A DNA stretch of 64,000 bases from a virus (lineage: Duplodnaviria > Heunggongvirae > Uroviricota > Caudoviricetes): the IMG/VR virus record IMGVR_UViG_2850808358_000005. The stretch is one strand, 5' to 3'. A program made the position numbers and the translations under genes. This document shows positions 10,943-20,924 of the stretch, piece after piece. Numbering within the stretch: position 1 is the stretch's first letter; the number at the start of each line of letters is the position of its first letter. The notes under the pieces were generated by a model, which ran no database searches, had not been told where the DNA came from, and saw only the letters and a program-made list of their open reading frames with translations.

Positions 10943-12285
10943 CAGGCCTGTCTCCCCAGCTGTTCCCAGATATCCAGCGATGTATCGATTGGCGCGAAGG
11001 CCATAATGAATGCATCAGCAACGTTTGGTGACGGTATCTCGCGTTTTGCGAGGTCTTTTTTACTTTCGACCATCACACGTCCGTTACGGTCGAAATCACG
11101 ATGAGGTGTTGTCAGTTCCAGTTTCAGCTTTTCAAGCAACGGACAACGAGAATCTATGCTGATCAGCTCATCCACAGGATACTGTTCTCCGTTGTTAATG
11201 GCGTTAAACGTATTTCTGAAACGGTCAGCCACCAGCCACCATGCCTGAGCCTTAAGATTTGCGAAAAAGTCTTTGTTGGGGATGCCGTTGTACTCGTCAT
11301 CTGGCTCATGCACACCAGCACCGGCGTTAAACCTCTGGTAATTCACACGTCGCGCGTATGCGTTCTCGCTCTTCCGGTCAGCGTTAATTTCAGAGAATTT
11401 AGCACCGGCAGACGCACCAACACCGATAGAGTCGTAAACAATATCTGCTTCACGCTCCAGCGCCGCCTGATAAGTACGCTGGCAGCTCTTCAGTAATTCA
11501 TCTTCTTTGGCCTTCCATTCGTCGGCCCAGAAAACAACGGATCCGTGACGGTAAACGTTAGCGCACTTATCTGTACCACTGTCAGCCACGTCAAAGCCAA
11601 TACGCTTTCTTCCACTGGGTTCGAAATTTAACGTTTTGTGCGCATCCACTGCGGCTTCTATCCAGGACAGTTTGATGATTGCCGCATCATCATCAGACTC
11701 CGGAACGCCCTCATACACATGTTTAAAACCATCCGGATCACGGCGTCGCGCCGCGTCGATAACCTTAAGCATGGTGTCAGACAGAAACGGATTTTCGTCA
11801 TAGTTAATTTTGCGGATGAGAGTGCCTTCGGGCGGATCAACAACGAAGTTGCGCCAGACGAAATCAGTAACAAGTCCGGGGTTGAATATGAACCAGCATT
11901 CCGAACCCTCTTTACGGATCGTTGGCTCCAGAATTTTCCACTGGTATTCCGTCAGTGCGTGGGCTTCTTCCAGCCACAACACATCGATCCCCTCCAGTGA
12001 CTTAATTTCTTCGATGTTGCGCCATAATCCATAAAAAACAAATTCCGAGCCAGTAACCCGGTTTATGATTTTGTTGTTCAGAATACGGAAACGGTGCCGC
12101 AGACCAAACCTGTCTATCTGAATTTTGAGCAGGGTATACACCGACTCTTCGATTTTATTCTGGATCTGACGGGCACAACAAAAACGCAGGGTGTATTTAT
12201 TCGACAGAAATATGGCAATGCCAGCGGCATCCCATGATTTTGACGATGACCGACCACCATAAAGCACTTTGTTACGTGCCCGCAT
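10942..12285 (-). CDS. terminase large subunit
   Basis: N-terminal P-loop (KVLYGGRSSSKSWD); start placed at Met of MRARNKVLYGG, 11 nt after the small-subunit stop (track ORF extends to 12453). Confidence 0.65.
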   Translation of the reverse strand: MRARNKVLYGGRSSSKSWDAAGIAIFLSNKYTLRFCCARQIQNKIEESVYTLLKIQIDRFGLRHRFRILNNKIINRVTGSEFVFYGLWRNIEEIKSLEGIDVLWLEEAHALTEYQWKILEPTIRKEGSECWFIFNPGLVTDFVWRNFVVDPPEGTLIRKINYDENPFLSDTMLKVIDAARRRDPDGFKHVYEGVPESDDDAAIIKLSWIEAAVDAHKTLNFEPSGRKRIGFDVADSGTDKCANVYRHGSVVFWADEWKAKEDELLKSCQRTYQAALEREADIVYDSIGVGASAGAKFSEINADRKSENAYARRVNYQRFNAGAGVHEPDDEYNGIPNKDFFANLKAQAWWLVADRFRNTFNAINNGEQYPVDELISIDSRCPLLEKLKLELTTPHRDFDRNGRVMVESKKDLAKREIPSPNVADAFIMAFAPIDTSLDIWEQLGRQA

Positions 12286-12295
12286 AGTCCAGAAA

Positions 12296-13060
12296 CTACG
12301 TAAAGCCGGATTCAGCGTCGGTTTGGATGTCAGAGTAGAAGTCATTGAGGTCACGCTCTCCATTGCCATCATCAATACCTGCATCACGGCGAAGACGATC
12401 AGCCTCCAGAGACACCTTATCAGTGGCGGCCTTGCGGTAGGCTGTATCAGCAAATATTTTTCCTACCGTCGCAAGCGTGCCAACGATGGACTCAATACGA
12501 ACTGTATTGCGCATCATTGCTTTCTCGGCGGCGCTGATATTTTCAATCAGCATCTTCCTTTCCTGGTCCCCATTAGCATCTTCCAGCGACACCAACCACC
12601 GGCCAATATTCTCTGCAGCGACAAGGTTGTTAGCACGAAGGCGAAATAATTCGTCCTCGAGCGTCAACGCTTTAGCGTCCTCTATCACCTCATCTTTGAG
12701 CAGAAGGCGACGGGCATAACCACCGTGTTTTAATGCCTGCTGGTTACCGGGTTGGAATGGGTTAGTCGGGGGATCGGTACGCATTCCGCGTATCGGTTTC
12801 GTATCCGGTGTAGATTCTGTTTTTAGTTGCGTACTTTTTTGTGTAAGGCCAGTAATGGCAGGCTTTCTGCTGGTACGCACTTTCCTTTTTTGCGTACCAT
12901 TTTTGCAAACCTGCGTACCGCCACTGCGTGCCCAACCAAGCTTTTTGGCCCTCTTCCTGATAGCCCCTTCTGTAACGCCGTATTTCTCGCCTATATCACG
13001 GAGGCTAAGGACTCCGGCCCGGTATGCCGATTCGATGGCCTCCCAGTCCGGTTTTGCCAT
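12296..13060 (-). CDS. terminase small subunit (putative, N-terminal HTH)
   Basis: 254-aa ORF immediately upstream of the large subunit; HTH-like N-terminus. Confidence 0.5.
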   Translation of the reverse strand: MAKPDWEAIESAYRAGVLSLRDIGEKYGVTEGAIRKRAKKLGWARSGGTQVCKNGTQKRKVRTSRKPAITGLTQKSTQLKTESTPDTKPIRGMRTDPPTNPFQPGNQQALKHGGYARRLLLKDEVIEDAKALTLEDELFRLRANNLVAAENIGRWLVSLEDANGDQERKMLIENISAAEKAMMRNTVRIESIVGTLATVGKIFADTAYRKAATDKVSLEADRLRRDAGIDDGNGERDLNDFYSDIQTDAESGFT

Positions 13061-13253
13061 GATTATGCTTCCTGTGATTTACTGTTATCGCTGCCTGTCA
13101 CAATAGGTTGCTTTAATTCTTCCTCATCACTCACTCCTGCGACGCTCCGTGGCAGGCCCCCCACAGGAGTACCTTGTAAATGTAAGGTGTTTAAGCCTAA
13201 ATTAAGTCGTATCACGGTTAAATAGCAAAGAAAAATTCACAGAAGGAAAGACA

Positions 13254-13766
13254 TTGATGGAGTGGATAAATGCTTTGATGAACTATTTTGTACTTCATCC
13301 ATATCGCCTATGGGGGCTTCTTTTTATAATAGCGTTCACAAAATCCACTTTACTCATTTCGGCGATATTGCCACCAGCATCAATTATGATGGCCACTGTA
13401 ATTACAGTCAGCAAGACGACTCTTTCACCATGGGAAGCTGGAATCACGGTCATGAGTGGCGCATGGTGCGGTACTATCGTTAATTACCATCTTGGTATAA
13501 TAATTGGGCATATCCCTCAACTTGCATGTATAATATCGAGCCGTTCCAATACAATAGAACGGGTTCGCCTTCAGTTGCAAAATAACTCTGTGTCAATACT
13601 TTTCACTTCGCGCTTTATCGCCGTGCTGCGTTATATTGCTCCTTTGGTGGCAGGAATGTTGCAACTTCATCCAGTGAAAGTGTATACAGTGAGTCTGATT
13701 TCAGCTGCTAGCTGGTCAGCACTTTATGTTGGTAGTTTTAGCTTCGTGTTGCCTTTTTTTAGCTAA
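13254..13766 (+). CDS. DedA/VTT-family membrane protein (moron)
   Basis: 170-aa multi-TM protein with a SRFIAVLRYIAPLVAGM motif resembling DedA proteins; AT-rich, opposite strand to the flanking phage operons. Confidence 0.45.
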   Translation: MMEWINALMNYFVLHPYRLWGLLFIIAFTKSTLLISAILPPASIMMATVITVSKTTLSPWEAGITVMSGAWCGTIVNYHLGIIIGHIPQLACIISSRSNTIERVRLQLQNNSVSILFTSRFIAVLRYIAPLVAGMLQLHPVKVYTVSLISAASWSALYVGSFSFVLPFFS

Positions 13767-13854
13767 ACTGCCCATAAAAAGCTCTTGCGAATCCAGCTTC
13801 CCCCATTCCTCTGACAACAGAATCTGATTTGAAGGATAATGAGTAAAATTACCG

Positions 13855-14337
13855 CTACCCCCCAAGGCATTGGATCCTGATGTACTCCTGAAGCATTCTC
13901 AATGCTGTCTGGTCGCTGATGATTCCGTCCCGGATACCGAGAACGTTTCGTCCAGCAACTGGAGAGAGTTCGACGGTGGCATCATTGCCCATGCCGGAGG
14001 CGCTGGAGGTTTCGGCTGAGGATGGCACAGGGCATTTTCCTTTGACGAGCACCCGACCACCATTATCAAGCTTGCGCCGAAGAGCATCATTTTCAGCTTT
14101 CGCATTGGCTAACTCCTTCGTGTATTTAGCATCGAGTGCATCAGCAGCACGCTGGCGCTGCTGCATGTCAGTAATGGTTGCGTTCGCCAGCTTCAGTTCT
14201 CTTGCGTTTTTGTCGCGCTGCTCTTTGTAGGTAATGGCGTTATCACGGTAATGATTAACAGCCCATGACAGGCGGACGATGATGCAGATAACCAGAGCGG
14301 AGATAATCGCGGTGACTCTGCTCATTGCTGCCCCCAC
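13855..14337 (-). CDS. Rz: i-spanin Rz
   Basis: N-terminus [17 protein letters not shown]...[11 protein letters not shown] matches lambda Rz; directly downstream of the endolysin. Confidence 0.85.
   Translation of the reverse strand: MGAAMSRVTAIISALVICIIVRLSWAVNHYRDNAITYKEQRDKNARELKLANATITDMQQRQRAADALDAKYTKELANAKAENDALRRKLDNGGRVLVKGKCPVPSSAETSSASGMGNDATVELSPVAGRNVLGIRDGIISDQTALRMLQEYIRIQCLGG
13899..14105 (-). CDS. Rz1: o-spanin Rz1 (embedded in Rz, +1 frame)
   Basis: Lipoprotein signal ([16 protein letters not shown]) and proline-rich segment, embedded in Rz as in lambda. Confidence 0.7.
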   Translation of the reverse strand: MRKLKMMLFGASLIMVVGCSSKENALCHPQPKPPAPPAWAMMPPSNSLQLLDETFSVSGTESSATRQH

Positions 14338-14819
14338 AAACAGACTTCACGCTCAATCTCACGACGGGTCATCAGCCCTTTCCATTGCTTACCGCCAGCA
14401 TATGTCCAGCGACGTAGCTGGTCACATGCGCCTTTGATATCGCCCTGGTTTATTTTGCGAAGAAGCGTCGATGTTCTGAAATTGCCAGCGCCCACGTTGT
14501 AAACGAACGAGTAAAGAGCGCCGCGCGTTGTTTCCGGTATATCGACTTTGATGTACGGGTTAATTTGTCTGGCGACAGTGGCAAGGTCTTTATTCAGGAG
14601 AGCTTTGCATTCTGCTTCGGTATACGTTTTACCAGGCATGATGTCTTTTCCGGTGTGTCCGTGACATACAGTCCATACACCAATGATATCTTTGTATGGT
14701 ATGTAGCTGACACCTTCCAGACCATCGTTACCACCTGGGCCAGTGATTAACACAGATGCTATAGCAACAGCCCCGCCACCAATAGCAACTGCAACAGCCT
14801 TGCGTAATGATGGCGACAT
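14322..14819 (-). CDS. SAR endolysin (phage lysozyme, RrrD/R21-like)
   Basis: Near-identity to E. coli prophage lysozyme ([22 protein letters not shown]...); N-terminal signal-anchor-release segment. Confidence 0.9.
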   Translation of the reverse strand: MSPSLRKAVAVAIGGGAVAIASVLITGPGGNDGLEGVSYIPYKDIIGVWTVCHGHTGKDIMPGKTYTEAECKALLNKDLATVARQINPYIKVDIPETTRGALYSFVYNVGAGNFRTSTLLRKINQGDIKGACDQLRRWTYAGGKQWKGLMTRREIEREVCLWGQQ

Positions 14820-15034
14820 TATTCACCTCTCGCAGCCTTACGCTTATCTTCTCTTATTTTGAAATACAGATTCGTCAGATAAGTCAGAAGCCCCAGAAGC
14901 AGACTTCCCAGCACACCAATCGCAGCCCACTGTGATGGACTGACCTGATCCAACCACTGCAAAAACCAGTAGCCGGCACTGCCGGCGGAGGTGCCGTAGG
15001 CAATGCCTGTTGATATTTTTTCCATCTGATACAT
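14819..15034 (-). CDS. holin (EssD/S21-like pinholin)
   Basis: 71-aa 2-TM protein [24 protein letters not shown]; immediately upstream of the endolysin. Confidence 0.85.
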   Translation of the reverse strand: MYQMEKISTGIAYGTSAGSAGYWFLQWLDQVSPSQWAAIGVLGSLLLGLLTYLTNLYFKIREDKRKAARGE

Positions 15035-15712
15035 ATCCCGCCCCCCGACAGACCTGTGCTATCGGAAAGAAAAAAGGCCATCAGCAAAACTCTGATGGCC
15101 TGAATCACCTTTACCAATATTGTATGAAAAAACACGCACGTCTAATTGACAATAATTTTCATTTCCATTAAAAAAGATCGCGTAGCATTCTTAATTCATG
15201 AGGAACTTTACCCGCCAGCAATCTGAGTAGCGAAAGCTGTTCATCCCCAATGTTTTTGCTGGCGGGTCCTTTTTTCTACGGTCCTCCTCCCCGGAGGGGC
15301 ATTTCATTATTTTTCTAATCATTACTGGTGAGAAGGCGGAAGAAAAAGCCAGTTCTTCGCCCCTAAATAACAGCATGATTCCAGTCCATGCAAAATCTGA
15401 TTTCCAGCTCACACATACCGAGCACTGTACAAAAAACCGCCAGCCAAGGCAGTTAAGAGTGTGTTCCCGGGGTTTGCTTAGAATATTTTGTAAGTTGTCC
15501 GAAGAGATATTTACAACACCAGAATGATGCATTATCAGTCCCCTGCCAGAGGTTCACTACGTAACCTGACCGACAATGCACCATTCTGGTGCTGAAAAAA
15601 GAGCACTGGAACTGCAACAAAACAACATCACAGAACAGGAGATGGTAAGGAGTCAGACATTCCCACACAATATTGTGTCAGTGCAAATAACAACCTTCGT
15701 CTCAAATCTCGC

Positions 15713-15787
<75 letters not shown>

Positions 15788-15790
15788 ATA

Positions 15791-15866
<76 letters not shown>

Positions 15867-15868
15867 GC

Positions 15869-15945
15869 TGGCCCACCACCGAGGACTCGAACCTCGCACC
15901 GTCAACTTAGAAGGTTGATGCTCTATCCGGATGAGCTAGTGGTGG
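15869..15945 (-). tRNA. tRNA-Arg (anticodon UCU, reads rare AGA)
   Basis: Anticodon arm TCAAC-CTTCTAA-GTTGA; T-arm GGTTCGAGTCC; CCA encoded; phage argN/argO-like. Confidence 0.8.
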
Positions 15946-15946
15946 T

Positions 15947-16023
15947 TGGTGGCCCTTGCTGGACTTGAACCAGCGACCTGGCGATTATGAGTCGCTCGCT
16001 CTGACCAACTGAGCTAAAGGGCC
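15947..16023 (-). tRNA. tRNA-Ile2-like (anticodon CAU; could be elongator Met)
   Basis: Closely resembles E. coli ileX (GGCCC.TTAGCTCAG...GCGACTCATAATCGC...GGTTCAAGTCCAGC); anticodon loop CUCAUAA. Confidence 0.7.
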
Positions 16024-16111
16024 GGAGGCAGAATAATAACCATATGTCATCACATCTGCAAACTCATCTGACCACCAGCACGTTTAACGTCCTGTGCCGT
16101 TTTTCAGGTAT

Positions 16112-16133
16112 AAAAAAACCCGCATAAAGCGGG
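16112..16133 (-). terminator. rho-independent terminator between Q and the tRNA/lysis genes (tR'-like)
   Basis: Minus strand GCCCGCTTTATGCGGG followed by TTTTTTT. Confidence 0.55.
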
Positions 16134-16212
16134 CTCTTTCAAATGTCCATGTCTGCTATTCGCCTCGCGGTACAGCTTTGCGAAGCGTACAAGAATTGAA
16201 GCAGTTTTTACG

Positions 16213-16767
16213 TCAAAAAGCAATAACTTTTTTCTCTATACCAAAAGCCATAACCATTGGTTTGTACAAAATAAATTCTGCCACCTTTAGCCAATGCTCA
16301 ATGCGTCTTTCACAGGTTCTTAAACTCCATTTCGGGTGTGCATCATTCAGCAGTTCAGCCATTTTGCGTTTGGTCATCCCCCGCCCCTCATACCGTTGCC
16401 GAAGGACGCTAATCAATCCTGGATGCTCTGCCAGCACCTCACTTATAACCCGATCAATACATAACGCCTCTGCATCAGTACAATGCGCCAGCCAGCTCTT
16501 TTGCTTACCGTTAATCATATCCCGCAAAAAAGCCTCAAGTTCAGACTTGTTCAGACCTGCTTTTTTCATCCTCCGGAGCGCCTCGTTAATTGCCGTTTTT
16601 GTCAGCTTTTTAGAGGTCAACATCAGGTTAAACATATTCCCCGTCTTACCGCCACCAATATACGACCAGCGCCCCCACATACGTAGTTTTCCCTGAATCC
16701 AGACACTTTCCAGCGTGGTGAGACGAAGGTGTTCTCCGCTTTTTCCTGTATTCGTTGGGTAAATCAT
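16213..16767 (-). CDS. late-gene antiterminator Q-like protein
   Basis: Position upstream of tR', tRNAs and lysis cassette; start at internal ATG forming an ATGA overlap with the YbcO-like stop (track ORF extends to 16887). Confidence 0.55.
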   Translation of the reverse strand: MIYPTNTGKSGEHLRLTTLESVWIQGKLRMWGRWSYIGGGKTGNMFNLMLTSKKLTKTAINEALRRMKKAGLNKSELEAFLRDMINGKQKSWLAHCTDAEALCIDRVISEVLAEHPGLISVLRQRYEGRGMTKRKMAELLNDAHPKWSLRTCERRIEHWLKVAEFILYKPMVMAFGIEKKVIAF

Positions 16768-17054
16768 AAATATCCCTCCTTTCTCCAGATTTCTTGTGTG
16801 CGAAAAACACCTTCTGCATGCATCAGGCGTAATTCTTCTTTGGTGTAATCGCTGGTTTTTACCCGCCCGTCGATTAAATCGTGGCACGAGCTACAGGCAA
16901 TCGCTGCCTGCATATCGTGTGGCTTTATCGCTGTTCCGCACGTTCCCGCCAGTCGGTAATGCGCCAGCACAGACGTTTCCGGATCGTGATTGCAGTAGCC
17001 AGGAATTCTGACGGTGCACATCTGCCCCCGCGCCGCTTTAAGTAAATCCACCAT
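16764..17054 (-). CDS. YbcO-like protein (DUF1364, putative nuclease)
   Basis: Resembles E. coli DLP12 YbcO (KAARG..C.VRIPG.CN..PETSVLAH.RL.G.CGT..KP); Cys-rich. Confidence 0.55.
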   Translation of the reverse strand: MVDLLKAARGQMCTVRIPGYCNHDPETSVLAHYRLAGTCGTAIKPHDMQAAIACSSCHDLIDGRVKTSDYTKEELRLMHAEGVFRTQEIWRKEGYL

Positions 17055-17653
17055 TACGCAAACTCCAGCAGCTGCGCGGCCACATTTTCGACTTGTTCCG
17101 GAGAGGAAAATTTACGGAACAGAATCCAGTTCCACAGCACATTCAGTACAGATTTATAAACCTGCTGAAACTCGGTTTCGTCCATATTCGCAAACGCGAT
17201 AGATTTCGCCCGACACCCACGGCTACCGTCCGGATAAAAATGCTCGGTGTAAAATCCGGCCTGAATGGCTACCCACTCGCGGAAAGCCTCAAACGACTTT
17301 AGCAATGCCGTATCACGGGTTCTGCGTGTCGCAACTGTATTCAGATATTGCTCTACGGCTTCGCTCAGAGCTGGCGTATGTTCCCGACCTACTGATTCGC
17401 GCAGGTACTCAACGAAGCCTGAAACCAGTTTTTGTTCGCTAGGCGTGATCGCCCCTCCGACCGGAGTCCAGTAATCGAACCCCAGTTGCAGGAGTTTGAA
17501 AAAACGCTTGTGGAATGCGTAGTTACGAACGCGCTTAAAATCAGCGTGTATCCACTCACCTGTTTTGATTTGATGCAGAAAATCGCAACTCTCCGGCGTC
17601 GCCGGGAGAAGTAAACCAGAAGAAGTTTGTTTGACTAACTGTAAATGCACCAC
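17054..17653 (-). CDS. DUF1367-family phage protein (nin region)
   Basis: 199-aa ORF, translationally coupled to the YbcO-like gene; family call from memory. Confidence 0.45.
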   Translation of the reverse strand: MVHLQLVKQTSSGLLLPATPESCDFLHQIKTGEWIHADFKRVRNYAFHKRFFKLLQLGFDYWTPVGGAITPSEQKLVSGFVEYLRESVGREHTPALSEAVEQYLNTVATRRTRDTALLKSFEAFREWVAIQAGFYTEHFYPDGSRGCRAKSIAFANMDETEFQQVYKSVLNVLWNWILFRKFSSPEQVENVAAQLLEFA

Positions 17654-17713
17654 TACTACCCTCGTAATGGTGCGACAGGTACCAGGTGTTCAGACTGGCG
17701 TTGCCAGTATAAT

Positions 17714-17908
17714 TTAGTCTTCTTTAATACAGAAGTGGCTTACAGAATCTGCGTGCGATTCTTTGCTGATTAGAATTGCATCAGGAGGTAATGGCGTTAC
17801 GATAAACTCCCCATTTTCGAGCGTTATCACTTCGTAGTGACCTGGTAAAGAAAGCACAACAATCAATTCTTTAACGTTCATAACAAAAAGCCTGTGAACT
17901 TTTAACAC
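17714..17908 (-). CDS. hypothetical small protein
   Basis: 64-aa ORF; no recognisable family. Confidence 0.25.
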   Translation of the reverse strand: MLKVHRLFVMNVKELIVVLSLPGHYEVITLENGEFIVTPLPPDAILISKESHADSVSHFCIKED

Positions 17909-18011
17909 TTCCCCTTAAGGGGTCCATCCCTCTTCTCCCTGCGCGCTACTTAAGTGTTTTTGATTCTATTCCTGCGCATTCTGAAAGTTCAAACGCGTTG
18001 AAAATCGCAAC

Positions 18012-18034
18012 AAAAAACCCGCCGAAGCGGGTTA
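18012..18034 (-). terminator. rho-independent terminator at the hok mRNA 3' end
   Basis: Minus strand CCCGCTTCGGCGGG followed by a T-run, about 70 nt after the hok stop. Confidence 0.5.
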
Positions 18035-18103
18035 AGTGCGGGTGCGTTGAGGATGCCTGACACATCAGAGGTGGCGAGGGATTTCTCCCTCGCCTGGTCA
18101 CTC

Positions 18104-18259
18104 TTACTTCCTGGATTCGTAGTCTACGAAGACAGCGACCTCCGTCTGGCCGGTTCGGATTCGTACCTCACAGAGGTCTTTCCTCGTTACCAGTGCCGTC
18201 ACTATGACGGTTAAACAGATGACGATCAGGGCGATTAACATCGCCTTTTGCTGCTTCAT
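18104..18259 (-). CDS. hok: Hok/Gef-family type I toxin
   Basis: MKQQKAMLIALIVICLTVIVTALVTRKDLCEVRIRTGQTEVAVF... is near-identical to E. coli HokD/RelF; the in-frame upstream extension in the ORF track is likely the mok-like leader. Confidence 0.8.
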   Translation of the reverse strand: MKQQKAMLIALIVICLTVIVTALVTRKDLCEVRIRTGQTEVAVFVDYESRK

Positions 18260-18486
18260 AGCCTGCTTCTCCTTGCCTTTCGGCATGTAAGAGGCTAACC
18301 TACATGTGCAAAGCATGAAATTGGCCTCAGATTAATGTTAAGCGTCTTGCCGGACGCGTAATGTTAACTGGGGCTTTTCTCTATCTGCCTTTTGGTGTTC
18401 ATGCCTGAAGCAGATAGCCTCAAGCACCCGCAGTCATTCTACTTACCTCGCCAATATGAAATCAATCAGAAAGGTGCCCCATAAAA

Positions 18487-19173
18487 TCACTCCTTCTCTT
18501 CTTTACCGTAGTGGAGTTGACCAATTTTGATAAGAGGGCGTCCCTGAGATTTGCGGTGTAGATTGGTATCGCGCAGAGAATACACACAGCCACAATATTC
18601 CTGCTGATAGAATTTTTCGCGCTTGCTGATTTCAATCATACGGGACGAGCCGCCCTGCTTGCGCCAGTTATAATCCCAGTACACCATGCCCGGATAATGC
18701 GCGACGGCTCGCCGCCCACAGTCGTTAACCTGCTGCATATTTTTCCAGCGTGAAATGCCCAGTGAACTGCTGATCACACTGAAACCATTTTCAGCGGCGT
18801 ACAGCGCTGTCCGCTCAAAACGCATGTCAAAACACATGGTGCAACGGATCCCTCGTTCGGGCTCCCATTCCATTCCTTTGGCTCGTTCAAACCAGTTGTC
18901 TGTGTCGTAATCAGCATCAATAAACGGCACGCCGTGTTGTTCAGCAAAGCGAATATTCTCATCCTTACGAATTAAATACTCTTTCTGAGGATGAATGTTC
19001 GGGTTGTAGAAAAAGATGGTGTAGTCGATTCCCGAGGCCTGAAGCGCCTCCATCACCTCACCGGAACATGGAGCACAGCAAGAGTGCAGTAGTAGTTTGT
19101 TTGCCCCGTTTGGGAGCTCCAATTTGGGCCGTTTGAAATCAGCAACTGTCATAAATATGTTTATTGGGGTCAT
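18487..19173 (-). CDS. epoxyqueuosine reductase QueH-like protein (DUF208)
   Basis: Cys motifs [11 protein letters not shown] and EYCGCVYS characteristic of DUF208/QueH; 228 aa. Confidence 0.6.
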   Translation of the reverse strand: MTPINIFMTVADFKRPKLELPNGANKLLLHSCCAPCSGEVMEALQASGIDYTIFFYNPNIHPQKEYLIRKDENIRFAEQHGVPFIDADYDTDNWFERAKGMEWEPERGIRCTMCFDMRFERTALYAAENGFSVISSSLGISRWKNMQQVNDCGRRAVAHYPGMVYWDYNWRKQGGSSRMIEISKREKFYQQEYCGCVYSLRDTNLHRKSQGRPLIKIGQLHYGKEEKE

Positions 19174-19320
19174 AAAAATATCAAAGAGTGTAGCATTAGA
19201 ACGGGGCTATCGGAAACAGATGTGTGACTGCTCCCCGCCCTTTCGGGCGGTCTCCTGATGATTTGAGGGTGCAGAAATCCCTCCGGTTAAGGATTAAATT
19301 TTTAACAGTGCTAAATTTAA

Positions 19321-19677
19321 TTATTCAGTTCTGGATTTTGTCGCCCTGCGTATCCGCGCTTTCGCGTTACGCTCAATCTGTATCAGCTTTTCTATATTTC
19401 TCCGCCTTTCCTGTTCCTCCTGGCGCAATAGCCTTACATCATCTGCCAGTCTGGTTTCTCTTTTTGCCACAGAGAGCATCCAGTCAAACGGCTCCACAAC
19501 CGCACCGCAGATTTTACAGCGGACCTGACGCTCTTTTTCGTCAACCCGTACAGAGGCGTGATGGCAATATGGTCTTTCCGATGGCTCATAAAGAAAATTA
19601 ACCTGATTACGAGGGTCATCCTCTTTTATCGGAAATAAAACGATATTGCTTAACTCATCTTCTGGTTTTATTTCCAT
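19321..19677 (-). CDS. hypothetical zinc-finger-like protein
   Basis: CHH...CxxC spacing plus basic coiled-coil C-terminus; start placed at internal Met MEIKPED. Confidence 0.3.
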   Translation of the reverse strand: MEIKPEDELSNIVLFPIKEDDPRNQVNFLYEPSERPYCHHASVRVDEKERQVRCKICGAVVEPFDWMLSVAKRETRLADDVRLLRQEEQERRRNIEKLIQIERNAKARIRRATKSRTE

Positions 19678-19734
19678 GCTCCTCTCCTTTGATGCGAATG
19701 CCAGCGGTAATTGAAGCCTGATAGCTAATTTCAT

Positions 19735-20157
19735 TCACAGTATCGCCTCCTGAAAATTACCCTGATAGAAAGCCAGTACACGCTGCATAGCTTCGCTCTT
19801 CCGGCACTCGCGATAGATTATATTCAGGCGCCTGTCGTAGCGGCGTATTTCTCCGTCAGGTAATGACCAGATAAGGTCCGGATCAACAACAACCGGTTTC
19901 CTCACCTTTACTCTCGAGAGTTTTTTGCGGGCGCTTTGCCAGTCCTTGCGAGCCTGTTCAGACGGGAATAAGCCGTAGCCAGAATTATATACATCACCAC
20001 TTGCGACCAGTTCCATGCATAAGCGACCGACAGACGCACGACTGATACCTGTTTCATCTGACAACTGCCGAATCGTGACCCGACCGTCCTGATGCACGAG
20101 TTCCACAATTCGCGTCTTCAGTTCTTCCCGCTGTTCGGGAGTAAAAGGTTTCGCCAT
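19735..20157 (-). CDS. HTH protein, YdaW-like (DUF977?)
   Basis: Winged-helix-like N-terminus (RVTIRQLSDETGISRASVGR); position after the DnaC-like gene as in Rac. Confidence 0.35.
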   Translation of the reverse strand: MAKPFTPEQREELKTRIVELVHQDGRVTIRQLSDETGISRASVGRLCMELVASGDVYNSGYGLFPSEQARKDWQSARKKLSRVKVRKPVVVDPDLIWSLPDGEIRRYDRRLNIIYRECRKSEAMQRVLAFYQGNFQEAIL

Positions 20158-20171
20158 AAATCCTCCTGAAA

Positions 20172-20918
20172 CTACTTAACAACCCTCGAATGGCTAACAT
20201 TCGGACGCCAGCTCTCCCAGTTAAAATTCACCCAGCGCCCGCCGTTCATGACCATGCGATCCATCACCCGCTCGCCGAGCAATGTTTTCATCACCTCATA
20301 GTTCAGGTTTGTCAGCATCCCCACGCTGCGCATCGACGCTGTCCGGCGATCAACAATCTGGTGCAGCACCACCTGCTCGTTTTTCGTCTCGCGCTGAATG
20401 CCAATTTCATCAAGAACCAGCAGATCCACTTCGCACAGCTCCCGCAAAAATTTTTCGCCTGACTGCCCGTCGTCATAGCTGGCGTGCAGGGCGCTCATAA
20501 CATCAGCCACGGTAACCACAATCACTGTCTGACCGTCTTTCAGCAGGCGATTCCCGATAGCTGCCGCTAAGTGATTCTTCCCGGTACCAGGTTTTCCGCT
20601 GAACGCAAAATTTGTACACCCGGTCATCAGTTCATCGGCGATGGATTTCGCCTGGCTTAACGCGTATCGCTGGCCGTCGTTCTGCACCTGGTAATTCGCA
20701 AACGAGCATTTACGGTGCAACGGCTGGATGCCTGAGCGATTCAGAATTTTTTCCACCCGCAACTGGCGATTCAGGCGGTTGATCTCCTCGCTACGTTTCT
20801 GGCCTTCAGCAAGTTGCCACTCGCGCCACTCCGCTACCGTTCTGAATGGGGCGGTTACATGTGGCGGGGTCAGTCGGCGGATGCGTTCCAGAACGCCGCC
20901 TGTCGCAATATTTTTCAT
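20172..20918 (-). CDS. DnaC-like replication ATPase (YdaV-like)
   Basis: Walker A GKPGTGKNHLAAAIG and Walker B LLVLDEIG; follows the O-like gene. Confidence 0.75.
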   Translation of the reverse strand: MKNIATGGVLERIRRLTPPHVTAPFRTVAEWREWQLAEGQKRSEEINRLNRQLRVEKILNRSGIQPLHRKCSFANYQVQNDGQRYALSQAKSIADELMTGCTNFAFSGKPGTGKNHLAAAIGNRLLKDGQTVIVVTVADVMSALHASYDDGQSGEKFLRELCEVDLLVLDEIGIQRETKNEQVVLHQIVDRRTASMRSVGMLTNLNYEVMKTLLGERVMDRMVMNGGRWVNFNWESWRPNVSHSRVVK

Positions 20919-20924
20919 GGTCCG

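Noticed and set aside
16768-16887. N-terminal 40-codon extension of the Q-like ORF (and the matching extension 55412..55531)
   Set aside because: The internal ATG forms an ATGA overlap with the upstream YbcO-like stop, the usual coupling arrangement; the extension would sit entirely inside the upstream gene.
18260-18316. The 70-aa ORF 18104..18316 as the true toxin-coding unit
   Set aside because: The Hok family toxin is the 51-aa core starting MKQQKAM; the upstream in-frame codons are more likely a mok-like leader or chance.
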